Assembly: GCF_009914755.1 (NCBI RefSeq)
Contig: NC_060935.1
DNA length: 64,000 nucleotides
Reading direction: 5' to 3' (one strand)
Source: the human T2T-CHM13v2.0 reference genome, Homo sapiens
Shown piece by piece: positions 1 through 26,566 of this stretch (the first letter of the stretch is position 1; each line of letters begins with the position of its first letter). The notes beneath the pieces were generated by a model, which worked only from the letters and a program-made list of their open reading frames with translations, had not been told where the DNA came from and made no database searches. A program made the position numbers and the translations under genes.

Positions 1-119
1 GGTTTGCTTCTGAGAAAAAGCAACCTTGGCCAAGAGGTTCTGCTACTGAGTACGTCATGAGGAGGAGGCAGGCATTCATCCCACCTGGGTCTCAGGCGAC
101 CTCCTCCTTACCCTCTTAC

Positions 120-188
120 CTGGTAGTTACGAACACCATCCCAGCATGTTGTCTGTTTGGGCTGTGCTTTGAGATCCTCAATGCTGAA
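120..188 (-). CDS. THYN1: THYN1 coding exon 3
   Basis: cctag|TTCAGC ... TACCAG|gtaaga; FSIEDLKAQPKQTTCWDGVRNYQ. Confidence 0.95.
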
Positions 189-2727
189 CTAGGCAAGAGG
201 AAATAAATTCAATCATTAAACAATCCTTGGCCAGTTAGTAAGCACATATGGAAGCAGACAGTTCCTTCCCCTAAAATGAGAGGGGCCACTGGCTATAGAG
301 GAAGTATGTAGTTCACCGGGAAGTGGCTCCACAGAGACACTTTTGCTGGGTGAATGTAAGTAAGCCTTGTGTTACCTTGTTATCCTTGCTAATTATGAGG
401 ATTAGCTGAATGAATAATCTAGGTGATAAAGTAATCTGCTAGTTACTTGCATTTTACTTTATATTTATAATAGTTCTGCTTATATTTTTCCCAGGCTATA
501 TTAAATTCCCTGAAATATACATCAACTGTTGGCAGGGAGACACCTAGGAGCATGGCAGGTGTTCAGAGAAAGGTAACCTAAGATTGAGGTTGGCAGACTA
601 TAGCCTTCAGGACAAATCTAACCCCATGCTGGATTTTGTGAATAAAGTTGAACTTGAACACAGCCACAGCTGTTTACTTATTATCTGTGGCCACTCTCTT
701 GCTACAAGGGCAGGGTTGCAACAGAGACTGTAACACGCACAAGCCTACAAAATTTACTATCTGGCCCTTTGTGGCAAAGGTTAGCCAACCCCTGCCCTAG
801 ATACACAGGTTCACAAACCAGCTGATGATAATAAACCCTGCCGATTTTATTCATTTTTACCTTTTTCCTTCCCTTCAAAGATAAGAAGCTGGGGATGGAA
901 CCCTATGGTGTCCCATATTCACTTCTCATTTAAAAAACACCATGAAGGGACTGGAGACAGGTCAAGGGTCTCACCTTCACATCTACACCTTTCTCTAGGC
1001 GGCTCTCTGGCTCTGACTTCATCAGCCAGTGGCTGCTTAGATTCTTCAAACAGTTTTTAGTGGCTGAAGTCTTCTGAGGGTTGGAGTCCTCCACTTTAGC
1101 TAATGCCTCACCTGAGTTCTCAGTTTTGGTGCGTTTTCCTGATAGTCCCTTGTCTGCAATAGGAGAAGCAAAAAGAAAAGATCATGCTTGTTAAAGGCAA
1201 TGTTTCATAATGGAAAAAGCTTAGCTTTGGAGTCAGACCTGGATTCAAATCATGGATCCATTACCAGCTGTAGGAACTTAATCTTACTGTTAAGAAGCTT
1301 TCCTTATCTATAAAAATTAGACAAGAATACCTACCTTACAGGGTATCTTCTGGATTATCTATTCAATAGGGTAAGAACACCTTACAGGGTTGTTCAGGAT
1401 TAAAGGTCCGGACAGTAGTCAATACATGTTTTCCTTTCCTCACTCTCTCTTCTATGCCTTTGCATAGGAAAGAGGAAACTGAGCACCTACTTGCAACTAT
1501 TTTGAAGCTTAAATGAGGTAATACAAAGGGCCTAGACAATGCCTGGCATTACAATAAGTGCATAATAAAAGCATTATTATTCTCATCTCATACGTCTTTC
1601 CTTCTTGCTCACTGTGGCTCCTGGCCCATCTCCTTTCTGCTCCTTGAAGGTGCCAATAAAAGTTGAAAGAAACAGTTCATTCAGGACATTGTAGAAAAAT
1701 GGTGATGATTCGATTTCATCCCAAGACAATCAGAATGTGCCTGGAACACAGTAGGCATTCAGTAGCTAAGTTGTTAAATTACTATATGACAGGGCCCAAG
1801 GTCTATGTGTTACCCTAACCCTAACTCGGTTAATCTACATAACCTGTGAGATGTTCTACTCTTCATCTGGGAAGCATGCTCCAGATCACACATCCAGTAA
1901 TGGTGGAATCAAGATATGAGGTCAGCACCTGTCACTGAGGTCTATCTGAAGCTACTTAATGACTATACTGCCTCTGAATTTAGTCAAAGTCCCTACATCA
2001 ATTGTCATTAAATACCATTTATGGCTGTCTAATGCTCTGAACCCAGCATACCTTCCTAACCTAGTTTCCTAATGGCCCCTTAGGAGTTAACAGGCCCACT
2101 GCAAACACCACATATTGATAAATAACTGCAATGTGCTGTAGTATATCTGGAACCCCTGTCATTCCCAAAAGAGGTACTTTCTGTACCTTCCAATGTTCCT
2201 CCTCCTCCATCCACTTAGAATGCCATCCATCTTTGTGATTATAAAAACGACATCACGTTTTCTTAGTACTAAACTTTGCCCGTGGAAAGTCTCCCATTCT
2301 TCAAGGCTGGGCTCAAATTCCACATCCTTCTCGAGGCCTTCCCCGTGATTCCTCCCTCCATAAACTTAACAATCCATTTTCCTGAACCCCATCACATCTG
2401 TTTGCAGTTCACCCGCAAGCAGGCGCTTTATATTCTTTAGCACGCCACCTGGTATCTCAAAGAGTCTTTGTGCACAACAACCATTGCCTGAATAAACAAG
2501 AAAAAGGAACTGTAGGTAGGAGCTTGGTGAGACAAGTAAAGAAGATGGAGAGTGATTAAGGATAATGGAGTAAAAATATCACAAAGGGTTCTCAAAAAGC
2601 AGGGAGTGAAAAATGAGTACTAAACAGGCTCTTCGAGAAAAGTTTTTTCTTGGGCTGCCTTTGTGCAGCCTAGGGGCAGCTCACCTGAACCAGAAGTCCC
2701 AGCCAGCCTCTTCCGGGGTCTCGACAT
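120..2727 (-). CDS. THYN1: Thymocyte nuclear protein 1 (EVE domain), 5' part; coding exons complement(2685..2727, 975..1153, 120..188); gene continues beyond position 1
   Basis: Spliced translation MSRPRKRLAGTSGS/DKGLSGKRTKTENSGEALAKVEDSNPQKTSATKNCLKNLSSHWLMKSEPESRLEKGVDVK/FSIEDLKAQPKQTTCWDGVRNYQ with EVE-domain motifs WLMKSEP and WDGVRNYQ; all GT-AG junctions in frame (43+179+69 nt). Confidence 0.97.
303..446. repeat. Copy 1 of a ~144-bp local direct duplication (copy 2 at 2999-3139)
   Basis: Hand alignment to 2999-3139: 11 substitutions and one 3-nt indel. Confidence 0.9.
586..794. mobile_element. MER58-like hAT DNA transposon relic
   Basis: Terminal inverted repeats aggttggc... / ...gccaacccctg; internal aataaagtt...aacacagcca and aatttactatctggcccttt typical of MER58A. 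Confidence 0.7.
975..1153 (-). CDS. THYN1: THYN1 coding exon 2
   Basis: ttgcag|ACAAGG ... GTGAAG|gtgaga; encodes DKGLSG...HWLMKSEPE...GVDVK. Confidence 0.95.
1215..1580 (+). mobile_element. MIR SINE fragments
   Basis: MIR-core-like ctttggagtcagacctggattcaaat...tatctataaaa...cctaccttacaggg...caatgcctggca. Confidence 0.6.
2685..2727 (-). CDS. THYN1: THYN1 coding exon 1 (start codon)
   Basis: ATG (CAT at 2725-2727); MSRPRKRLAGTSGS then G|GTGAG donor. Confidence 0.95.
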
Positions 2728-2998
2728 GGTCACGCTGCAGGGGACTTTAGTGCGGACGATTCTGGAATCAACGGAGATACAAGAAAGAATGCTAATGTCC
2801 TCCAAAACCCGCGCAGAGCGAGATGGAGGCAACGAGAGGCAGCCTAGAACGTCTCCAACTTTTGCGAAACACAGACGCCTACGTTTGAGCCCTCAAATCC
2901 TTCCCTCCGTTATCTGCGCCATTTCCATCTCGCATAACCTGCCCCTAAACTCTTCTCGGTTCTGTCCTTGGTCCTTCTCATCCAGGAACCCCTATCTC

Positions 2999-14805
<11,807 letters not shown>

Positions 14806-15667
14806 AACCCACACTTGTTCTGGCCTGGTGTTCAGTGCGACTGCAGTCAGTGTTGAGTGGTGCCATGTGGGCCGCTCTATTCCAAAGGAATCATGGATTA
14901 GACCCAAGGGCTGAGCTCCTCTAGGGCAGGACCTGCACCCTGTGTGTTGGCACCAGCATCGGGTCTTGGACTGGGGCAGAATCCCCAGTGGAACCGGAAG
15001 AGCTGGACTGATGAGAAACATCAGAAGAACACATACTACCTTGTTTTCCTAATGCCAGAAGGGTGACCAGTGAAGATTCACCGTCAAACCATGAAAGTCC
15101 TTTCTTGGATCCACTTTATCTTGATTAGTCTGCATTTTACTAGTTCACTGGATCCCTCCTCTAGGGGCCTGGGGACTTTCACTGATGCTCTTCCTGATTC
15201 TAGAGCAAAGGTGTGGGAAGGGGAAATGGAGGAATGCCCTCCTGTCTGTGTCGTTCTCTGTGCCACAGCTACAGATGCAGAAGGTTTCTCTGGATAGCAC
15301 ACCTCTGAATGTAAATCATGATAAAATGGATATTTGGAAACTTACTCCTAAGCTGTGATTTAGGGTGTATTTCTACTTCTGGACTGCCTCAATATCAAGG
15401 GCTGAGACTTTTGAATTTTGAATATTCGTTGGGTTTCATGTTAAGAAGCCTGTGGTCTAGGAGTGCTATTCAGTGTTTCTTTTCCTGATAAACACTTTGA
15501 ATATTTTTTTTGTGTTTTTGTTTCCTTTTCTGAAGCTGTTCCTCCTTTTAAATATTTTTAATCACATTGATAAAATCTATCCTTCACCACCTCTGGTTCT
15601 ACTATAGTTGATTTTTATTTTAAATGTTTAATTGTATTTGATTAAACACTTAACTGGATTTTGGAAT

Positions 15668-15673
15668 AATAAA
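15668..15673 (+). terminator. ACAD8: ACAD8 polyadenylation signal
   Basis: AATAAA ~860 nt after the stop, at the end of a U-rich 3'UTR; ATTAAA also at 15641-15646. Confidence 0.7.
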
Positions 15674-15737
15674 ACTCTCGTCCAATTTGGCTTTTAAAAA
15701 GCAGGCTCCTTAAATTATTAATAACTTTGCAAACTAA

Positions 15738-16263
<526 letters not shown>

Positions 16264-16470
16264 TGAAGGAAGTTTTGGGTGCTGCAGGAGGACAGGGTGT
16301 GGGCACACTACAAAGTTTAAAATGTATTCCTGCCGCCCAAGGCCTTATTTAAGAGGAGCTAAGAGCTGTATTGCAAGGCAATGATATAGATCTGTATAAA
16401 GCTGAGAAGGCGACAACCTATAAAAGTGATGAGGGAGGAAGGGATTCAAATTAAGCTTTTATGAGAATGT

Positions 16471-16636
16471 GGTCAGGCATGGTGGCTCACACCAGAAGTC
16501 CTAACTACTTGGGAGTCTAAGGTGGGAGGATTGCGTGAGCCCAGGAATTTGAGGCTGCAGTGAGCTACAGTCATACCGCTGCACTCCAGCCTTGGTGACA
16601 GAGTGAGACCCTTGTCTCTGAAGAAAAGAAGAAAAG
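16471..16636 (+). mobile_element. Alu monomer (FRAM/AluJ-like)
   Basis: Single diverged Alu arm with A-rich tail. Confidence 0.75.
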
Positions 16637-17668
16637 ATTTTATGAAAACGTCTAATTAGAATCAAGAAAGTCAATTTCAGACAGGAAGGAACCAGGAGCA
16701 GGAAAAGTACAGGATTTATGTAAAAGCTGTTTACACTTTGGTTTAATTGTGGTTTGGGGTTGGCATGAGACAGAAGGAAAATAGAAGTTGAATCCGGATG
16801 GAGAGTTATGAAAGCCAAGGGTGGGGCTTTATTTGGTAAGCAGTGGAGAGCCATGGAAGGTTTTTAATGCGGAAGATAGGAGATTGATTCATTCATAAGA
16901 GCACTCTGGAATGCACATGTGGGATGAATATGAGTGAGGCAAGACAGAAGACATACCAGTCAATGGGTTCTTGAAATAGTCAAGGAATGTGGCAATTCAC
17001 GCTGGATGTGGAAGGTGGAAGGAAAGACAAGTGTTAGCAAATGCAGACCTGTCTGCTGTGGAACTTGAAGACCTTGCTAGTAGTCAGGCTGCTTCCTGGC
17101 ATTCCAGGCCTGAGAGGCTTCTATTTTGACTCAAAGCAAAAACAAATGCTATGTTAATGTCTTCCTATGTGTCCCCTTCATAAGATTTTGGTGAAATCAT
17201 ATTAAAAGTGCATTTCTCAGTATCACTCTCAGTTATTTAGAGATTTCAGTTCCCCAGTACCCTGGCAAGGGATTTGACGAACGTAGCAAGAACGTCGTGA
17301 ACTTTGAGCTAATTTATATCATTGTTCATTTGTCTGTTTAATAAATAAAAGCAAGAAAACCAGAGCAACAAATGTCTTAAGGAAAAGCCTGTGTGTCAGG
17401 GGCTGTATAGGTGCAGAACACATGCAGGTAACCAAATACAACTTCGCTGGACAGACCTAATGGACTGGGGGCTGGGAAACAGGAGACACAATTTCAGTAG
17501 GAGGCGGCAAGGACAAAGGCATACACCACGTGCTCTGAGGCATGAGAGGCCTTGCGGTCATAACACAATGACTTAGGTCAGAATTGGATTTCCACGTGGT
17601 TTTAATCCTAATAATTCCTCAAACTGCCTCCAATTATTACAGTTGTGAGGAAAATCTAACTGTATACC

Positions 17669-17688
17669 CACACACACACACACACACA
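17669..17688. repeat. (CA)n microsatellite
   Basis: About 10 CA units. Confidence 0.85.
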
Positions 17689-18013
17689 AGAATATTTACA
17701 GGATCTTAAAATTTTCTCTTCCTCCTTTATAGATTTGATAAATTAGAAATGCCTTTTTTACTTTAGTGCTGATCCAATGATACTTTTACTTTAAAAACAC
17801 TAAGATTCCTCCAAAGCATTTTCCATGTATCAATCTCTCGGTTTTTATGAGGGGTTCTTGCACAGAGGAGACAGTCAAGAAATCCTAGCGTGAAATTGAC
17901 TTGAGGAAAACAGCAACTACCAGTGCTGGCAGCAGCCGCAGTTTGGGCCCCGGATCCAGACTCCTACATCTAGATGTGATTGCCTGCTCTGCCACTGACT
18001 AATTGTGTGGCTT

Positions 18014-18460
18014 TGTTACCGAAATGCCAGGGGTTCAGTCTAGGTCCTGCTGCTCACCGCACAGAAAGCCGATGACTGAGATGACAAGTATTGAGAGGAA
18101 GAAGCTTTAATCGGCTGCTGCAGCCGCGGAGATGGGAGCTCAGTCTCAAATCCATCTCCCTGAGGGACTAAAACTAGGGAGTCGTATACCAGGGAAGAAA
18201 TGTACCAATGTGTTAAGAAAGCAGGAACTAGGAAGGGGCACGGAAGCAATTGTGATGAATGAGGGGTCTGGCATCTCGTCTGGATGTAGTGATCTGGTGA
18301 GTTCCAGTTCTTTGATACCTGTTTTGAGAGGCCTGAAGGTCTCTGAGGAAGGAACTCAGATAAAACAAATATAAGGTTCAAGCTTTAACACCAGAAGGTC
18401 AATTTCTATGTTTATCCAAAAAACTATCTATGGGACTGCTGGGTCACTGGGTCGCTTTCG
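18014..18460 (-). mobile_element. ERV1-class solo LTR (subfamily not determined) inserted into a MIR
   Basis: Starts TGTTACC, ends ...TTTCG (degraded CA); 4-bp TSD gctt at 18010-18013 and 18461-18464; ATTAAA on minus strand; MIR-like halves on both sides. Confidence 0.75.
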
Positions 18461-18896
18461 GCTTTAAGCAAAATTACCACAACTCTCTTCAGCTTGTTTC
18501 CCCATGTATATTGGAGATCATAAAAGCTCCTACCTCATAGCATGGTTGGTGAATCAAGAGGAAGAATAAAGGGCTCAGAACAGAGCATATCAAGCAAAGC
18601 GTTATTAACCTCTTTCATAAACGAACATAGTGAGCCCTCCAGAGAATAAAGGGCTTTCTTAGACGTACACGGGTGGCAGGCTGAAGGTCTAAAGCACAAC
18701 TCTTCCCAGGACCTTTAAGGTATTTAAGATTGTGTCTGGGAGTCTGTGGTGCTGAACACCTAATATTTCTGGTCTGCCTCTCTTCTGGGTAAATGACAGG
18801 AATGCATTTCCCTTTTGTCAATTTTACAAAAACATAAGCACATGAGCACATTGCTAAGATTTTTTCCCAGGGTCTTAGAAAGAAGGGGTCCATACA

Positions 18897-19582
<686 letters not shown>

Positions 19583-20212
19583 CTAAATACTTCCATATGC
19601 ATTATTCTTACCACAAATTTGTTTCCTCTTTGGCACCCAGAAAGCCTTGCTATTCTAGGGCATTGTGGTCAGTAAAAGCCCCGTGTGGCTGGAAGCTCTC
19701 CGTGTCCATATGGACCCGGTAGGGGGACAGGGGGACTGCCGCAGTGGACGGGGGACTGCCACAGTGGTGCGGTAAACAGACTGGAGCAGCATGGCTCTGT
19801 GCATCTCCACCGCAGCAATTCCAGGTTAGTAACCCACACCAGAAGAAAGCGGAGAAGGACCCTCAGGGGCCAGAGAATGAAGTGGGATGCCCAACTGGCC
19901 AGTCCTTCCAACTGAAAATAAACCCCAGACACCAGGGGTGGATGAGGAGGGACACAATGAGCCAGGGTGAGAGAATGTCTTTCCATTGCTTGGAGTGGAG
20001 AAAAATGTGCCACTGCAACCTCCCTGTGAAAAGGCAGGGCCCTCAAAGCTTCTCCCACACTGCAGGCAGGACCCAGGTTCTTTGTCACCACGTGTGAGTG
20101 TCGAGTGTGGATGCACCAGCTCCTTGTCCCTGTCTTTCCCGGCTCCCTGCCCCTTTCACCCAGTCTCTGGATCTGGAACCAGAGCATCCTGGGGCTGGGG
20201 AGAGTGCGAAAT

Positions 20213-20392
20213 CATGCACCTCCTATCACCACAAACAGAAAGCATGCACCTCCTATCACCACAAACGGAAAGCATGCACCTCCCATCACCACAAACAGAA
20301 AGCATGCACCTCCCATCACCACAAACAGAAAGCATGCACCTCCTGTCACCACAAACAGAAAGCATGCACCTCCTATCACCACAAACAGAAAG
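20213..20392. repeat. 30-bp minisatellite x6, intergenic
   Basis: catgcacctcc(t/c)atcaccacaaacagaaag x6 with few substitutions. Confidence 0.95.
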
Positions 20393-20996
20393 GAATCTCA
20401 GCTTTCCTCCACTAGGGGGTATTTAGTCCCACAGAAAAGAAAGGGATGCCCAATTCCCACCCCAGCTGAGAAGCAGGTGTCTCAAGTCTGAGGCAGCCAT
20501 CACTGCCCAGGAAAGATGGGGCCTGGGGTTAATTTTCTAGTGTGCGCTCTTCGGCATGGTTCAGTTCTCTGCCTCCCCAACTTCAGTATGGGCATCACCA
20601 TTGCCTCAAGTCTTTATATAAACAATGCTCCAAGACAGTCCACTGGTTACTTTCCCCAACCCCCACCTGGATGAAGATCCTGAGCCTCCCACACAGAAAT
20701 TCTGGTCCTTCAACAGAAAATCTGGAAGTTTCTATTGAAACTTCCATTTTATCTGCAAACCAATGTGTGGGCATAAGAGTCTTCCACCAGACTTGAAGGT
20801 GATCAGAGTCTGAGAAGCATATTTGAATCATCTCTTCATCCTCAGTGCCTTCCTGGCACATAGTAGGGAACTCAATGTTTATTGAACAAATAGAAAAAGA
20901 CTGGAAAAAAAGGATCATCAGCAATGATCGCTTCTTGCAGCTACTGGCAAATCTCACACAGTAACAGAGAAGATATCCCATCAAAAGTCAACTCAT

Positions 20997-21592
<596 letters not shown>

Positions 21593-21917
21593 TCAAGGAT
21601 TTGAGTCAAGGCAAGGTGGGAGAACAGGGCAGTGGCGAGACAGGTGGTTGGGTCTGGGCTTCAGTGTTTAAGTAAGGGGTTCTGTGCCTGAGATTCAGGC
21701 CCCAAGGGCAGGGTTCAGGAAGCCCCTGTGCTCCATGGCATTCCTCAGGGAGAAGCCTGACCAGAGGCAAGACTTTCTGAGGCCCAAAGCTCTGAGAAAG
21801 TGATTGTGCCCCCTCCCCATCCCCACAAACAATATTGAACTGTAAAGGGGTCTGGTATGCCAAGGAGTTGGATTTTATTCTGTAGTAACTGATACCCACA
21901 TACAAAAGAATAAAATT

Positions 21918-22125
21918 GGCCAGGCGTGGTAGCTTATCCTTGTAATCCCAGTACTTTGAGAGATTGAGGAGGCAGGTCACTTGAGCCCAGGAGTTGGAGA
22001 CCAACCTGGGCAACACTGTGAGACCCCATCTCTACAAAAAATACAAAAATTAGCCTGGCATGATGGTGTGCACCTCTGGTCTCCCAAAGCGCTGGGATTA
22101 CAGGTGTGAGCCACCACGCCCAGCC
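21918..22125. mobile_element. Fused Alu: sense 5' part (21918-22080) joined to an antisense Alu 5' end (22081-22125)
   Basis: Orientation switches at ...cacctctggt|ctcccaaagcgctgggattacagg... Confidence 0.85.
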
Positions 22126-22389
22126 GAAAAAACAGAAGAATTTTTAAGCCTTCTAATATTTGGATATAGTTTTCCATGTTCCCATAGTTTATTTTATAGA
22201 CCTGATGGTTTAGAAGCATTTCACTTTCCGCTTTGCTAGCCACGTGGTTATACTTTAATTTTAAGTGCATTTGTGTGCTTTTCCTGAAGCATTTTCACCT
22301 AGGCCATCTCACTTAGTTTGAACAAGAGCAGTGCTTCGCACGCGGCTGCTTGCTGAGCAGAGTCCAGCGAACCGAATTGGGCAATATGA

Positions 22390-22612
22390 GACTGAATCTT
22401 TCCATTCCAGGGCCTTCAGATCCCAGCTGTCAACAGCCTGCTGTGTGACGTCACTGAAAGCCTCTGTGCTCTAGTTTCCTCACTGATAAAGGAGGGATAC
22501 TAATGGTACCCGCTTTCTGGTGCTGTGAGAGTTAAGAGACAATAGACAGAAATGTCAAACATGTAGAACTGTGCCTGGCACACGAGTGCTTGGTAAATGT
22601 CAGCTATTCATA
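22390..22612 (+). mobile_element. MIR
   Basis: MIR core cctctgtgctctagtttcctcactgataaaggagggatactaat...gtgcctggcaca. Confidence 0.7.
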
Positions 22613-24494
22613 ACAGAGGAAAAAACCTGATGAAAATAAATCACTTTTGGATAAGGATTTTAATATTCTTACAGACACTCCCCATCCAGCTCTTAGCTCA
22701 ATGGATCAGGTTATCTGCAAGGACAGCAGCCTCTTGCTGGGTGCCCCATGGAGACAGCGATCTTCCCTCCTCTCTTACCTTCTCAAGGGTGGCCCTTTTC
22801 CATCACCAAGGCTGCACTCATGCAGAGAGGAAGCCTTCCCCCCCGACCTGATCAGGCTGATTAACTTCAACTCCCAGGGGAGAAGACTCTTGAGAACACA
22901 CTTTAACCTTGGGTTCTCACCTGGAGCTCCGCATGATTTTCCATTTCCTTAACTAATGAATGCATCTAGCAGACTCAGTCCATAAAAAAGGCACATTTGA
23001 ATGATAACAGCCAGAGCCCGGTGGCCGAGCTGGGCTGCCGCCTGCTGAGCAGCTCCTTTAGAAAGGCCTGCACTTGAGCGTTAGTTACCCTGTGGAGGGA
23101 CAGGAGGCCGGCTGCTTCACTTCCCTCTGCTGGGAGTGGCCCTGCGTGATGGGGTGCATATCCACTTCATTTATTTTTTAATCTGTGGGAGACAGGTTAT
23201 CAATTTACTTAAAGTTTGAATGTCTGTAAGGATGAAATTTAAAGCTAGGGCTCTGAAGATCTCTAGCAGGGATGTATCTGTCATCTACCTATCCCTCCAT
23301 CTCAGCCTGTGAACTGCGTGTCATCATGGGTTAAATTAATTACTAAGAGACCACGGAGTCCATTTTATAGCTCAAATGAGCATTTTTCATTTCCTGTAGT
23401 AAACATGACTTAAGTAAACAAAGAGTTTCTCTAACAAGGATGGCTTACAAGTAGAAGTGGCTAAATTTTCACTTTTATAAATTTTGCTGCTTTTTATTAA
23501 CTATCAATAAACCTAGAAAGATGATCTTACAAGTAAACAACAGATTTTGCATACTTTAACCTTAAAGATATCTCTGCCTCAACTCTTTGTTCACAGCTCT
23601 CTGACACTGGAATATTAATAGTTGATAATCTTTCCCTTTAATTTTTCACTGATAATATTAGTTCCTAACCCAGGTTTTTGGATCTCACAAGGGTTCTTAT
23701 TATACAGTTGTCACATACATTTCTTTAAGAAGTTCAACCTAAGAAGAAATCAAGAATTGTCTTTTCTGGTTCATACATTAACTCCTATAGGGTTGTCCAC
23801 TACTAAAGCAACAGAAAGTGCTGCCTTCTTTTTCTGGAAGCTGCTGTTCTTACAAGAGAGCAATTTAGGAGCAGGAATTGTGCTTTATTAACATCAAAGC
23901 ACTGGCACAGGAAGTTTGCACACTCAGCTCTGGGAGCTTTTTGATGCTTTCTGCCTGCTTTGGGAAATTAGCTCTTTGTTTCATTATCAGTTATCTGGAT
24001 GGAAACTGAAGGGAAAAATATTGATTTTTTTTTTTTTTTTAATAAATTGTACCAGGATGCTGGGTCTGCGGCCCTAGTGGCTGGTCTTTCCTGTGCTTGG
24101 GATGTTGGCCTTGTAGAGTTACTTCTGTAATCTCAAGACAGAAACTGACAGCTTTGTTTGATCAAAATTGTTACTTCACCTTGCACATTTTCAAGAGTTC
24201 TACAGGTTTAATGAGCACAGAAATCTGGGGGAACTTTCACTCTCCAGGGCTCCTTCATAGAGGTTCTCAAATACTCCATCAGCAGAGGGGAGCCCCAGAT
24301 GGCAAAAGGACACAGGATATGTCATCTTTCAAATGAACCAATAATCCATTATTTGATTCTTCTACCTTTGTCAAAATTCCTCCAGCAACGCCTGCAGAAA
24401 ATCACAATTCTTGATACATAGCTTGTTCCAATAAAGCACCACAGCATTTCTAGTGACTGCAGGCCCAGCTGTCAAACTCTTTCAACTTGATAGA

Positions 24495-25195
24495 GAATAT
24501 GTACACAAAACCTATAGCTGTCATCATACTTAATAGTGAAAAACAGAATGTTTTCCAGCTGACACTGGGGACAAGGTAACAGTGTCAGTTCCTGCCGCTC
24601 TTATTCAACACAGAAATTTTAGTCATCATACTAAGACACACAAAAAAAGGAATAAAAAGCCACGCAGACTGGAAAGGTAGAAATAAAACTCTCCATATTT
24701 GCAGATGACATGATTATCTACATGGAAAATGCCAAGTAATACACAAATAACCTCTTAAAATTAATAGGTGAGTTTGCCAAGGTCACAGGATATGAGATCA
24801 ACATGAGAAACACAATCACATTTCTGTATGCTAACAACAAACATGTAAAAACTGAAATAAAAATAATAACAGTTTAAATCTCTTGAGAGCAAAGGAAATA
24901 TTTAAGTATAAACCTAACAAAACGTGATAGGATCTGATGTTGAAAAAATCACACAATTCTGATGAAAGAAGTGAAAAAAAAAAAACTATTTAAATAGACA
25001 GACATACCATGTTCGTGGGTTGGAAGATTCAACATAATAAGGATACAATTCTCAATTTGATCCATAGGTTGATTGCAATTCCTCTCGAAATACCAACATG
25101 GCTTTTTGTAGAAACAGACAAGTTTATTCTAAATTTTATGTGGGAAGGCACAAGCCCTAGAATACTTTAAACTTGACAAAGAAGAATAAAGTGTG
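24495..25195 (+). mobile_element. Old L1 (L1M) ORF2 fragment
   Basis: Degenerate RT region, e.g. atttgcagatgacatgattatctac (FADDMIIY) and catgttcgtgggttggaagattcaacata. Confidence 0.8.
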
Positions 25196-26566
25196 TGGCT
25201 GTAAAACCAAACTGTAAAAAATTATTAACAGTTCATTGCTTGCAGTCGAAAAAATGAGGAAAAGATGGACGATCTAGGAAACTTTCAGGGAGCTAAGGTG
25301 TCGGAGAGCAAAGTATCCTTGTAAGGAATGAGACAAGATAAACTCCCTCCCCCACACACAGTATTTTCAGAGAACTACATTCTTGGTTTCAACCTGATGT
25401 CATAGGCTGTGTTCTTTGCAACGGAAGAAGCAAAGACTTCAAAGGGAGAAATCGGAAGATTTCTTTTTTCATCGTAGGGACTTCACATCAGCGTTTCCAA
25501 AACCGAGTCCATCGCCTTTTCCCTCTGCGCAGCCTCTATCCCTTCCTGTGTTTCGCATCTCAATAAACGTCCCCGCCAAGTGACTTCAGCCTGAAACATG
25601 CGGCCTCCCGGACTCCTCTCTGTGTCACCGACCTCTTGCGCTCAGTTCTCCGGAGCTGCCGGTTTAACCTCGCAAGTCTTCCCGGAACCCGTGCCCTCCT
25701 CCTGGGCAGCGTTACCACCACGAGCGCCTACCTGAGAGGACGCCTGTTCTCATCCAGCCTCCACCCTGCAGCCGAGCAATCTCCGTAAAACGAACACCTG
25801 GCTTAGTTTCTGCTGGAAACCGTTGAATAGTCCCCACTGTCTTCTGGAAGGGTCTGGGCAGCTCGGCGTGGCGTCCACGGCCCCACCAGGCCTCTGCCTC
25901 CTGCAGGTCCCGCTACTTCGTCACCAAAGCGCCCGCCGCGCTCGCATCTGCTGTGAGGCTGTGCTCGGGCCGCTCCCGCCGAGGGAACGGCCCTCCCAAG
26001 GCTCTGCGCCCCAATTCTCGCTCGTTTGCCAAGAGGTAGCCGTGTCGGGGAGCTAGAGTTCTCCGGGGACTCTCTCCTGCCCCTCGTGGCCCTCTGTGGA
26101 ACCCTCGTTTTAGGATCTGCACGCCGTTTCCAGTCGCGCGCGCGGCACGGAGACCGCCCGCTGTGCCCCGCGCTGCGCTCTCTCCGCCCCTCTCCCGCGC
26201 AGGCCTCCCTGTGCCAGCCGGCTGTCGACCCAGGTTAGGAAGCCCGAGGTCGGGGCGTTACCCCAAGGGCCCTCCCGCTTCCCCTCCGAGGGCAGAGAGG
26301 CGTCCGCGCCCGGACGCACTGCGGGAACACCTGGAGCGCCGGCGGAGCTCGGCTGTCCCCGCGGGAGGGAGCCCGACGCGCATCCTTGGGACCCGGACCC
26401 GGCGCCCGCGCCTCGGGACGGATTTCTGCCTCGGCTGCAGGCGCAGCGCGCAGACCTGAGCCTGCCCCGCGGAACCGGGGCTCGAGTCCCGGCCCGAGCG
26501 CGGCGTCGGGGCCAGCGGAGAGGGGCGGAAGCCGCAAGGGACCCTCGGCGCCTCGGCCTGGCCGCG

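Noticed and set aside
1810-1826. ttaccctaaccctaac as an interstitial telomeric repeat
   Set aside because: Only two units; expected by chance
2728-2832. 35-aa N-terminal extension of THYN1 in the ORF track
   Set aside because: The called start is TTG; the first ATG in good context is at 2727
19669-20187. 172-aa minus-strand intergenic ORF
   Set aside because: No recognisable domain, splice structure or coding-like composition
22446-22453. Perfect CRE palindrome TGACGTCA
   Set aside because: A single 8-mer inside a MIR ~4 kb from the GLB1L3 ATG; about one chance occurrence is expected per window and there is no supporting context
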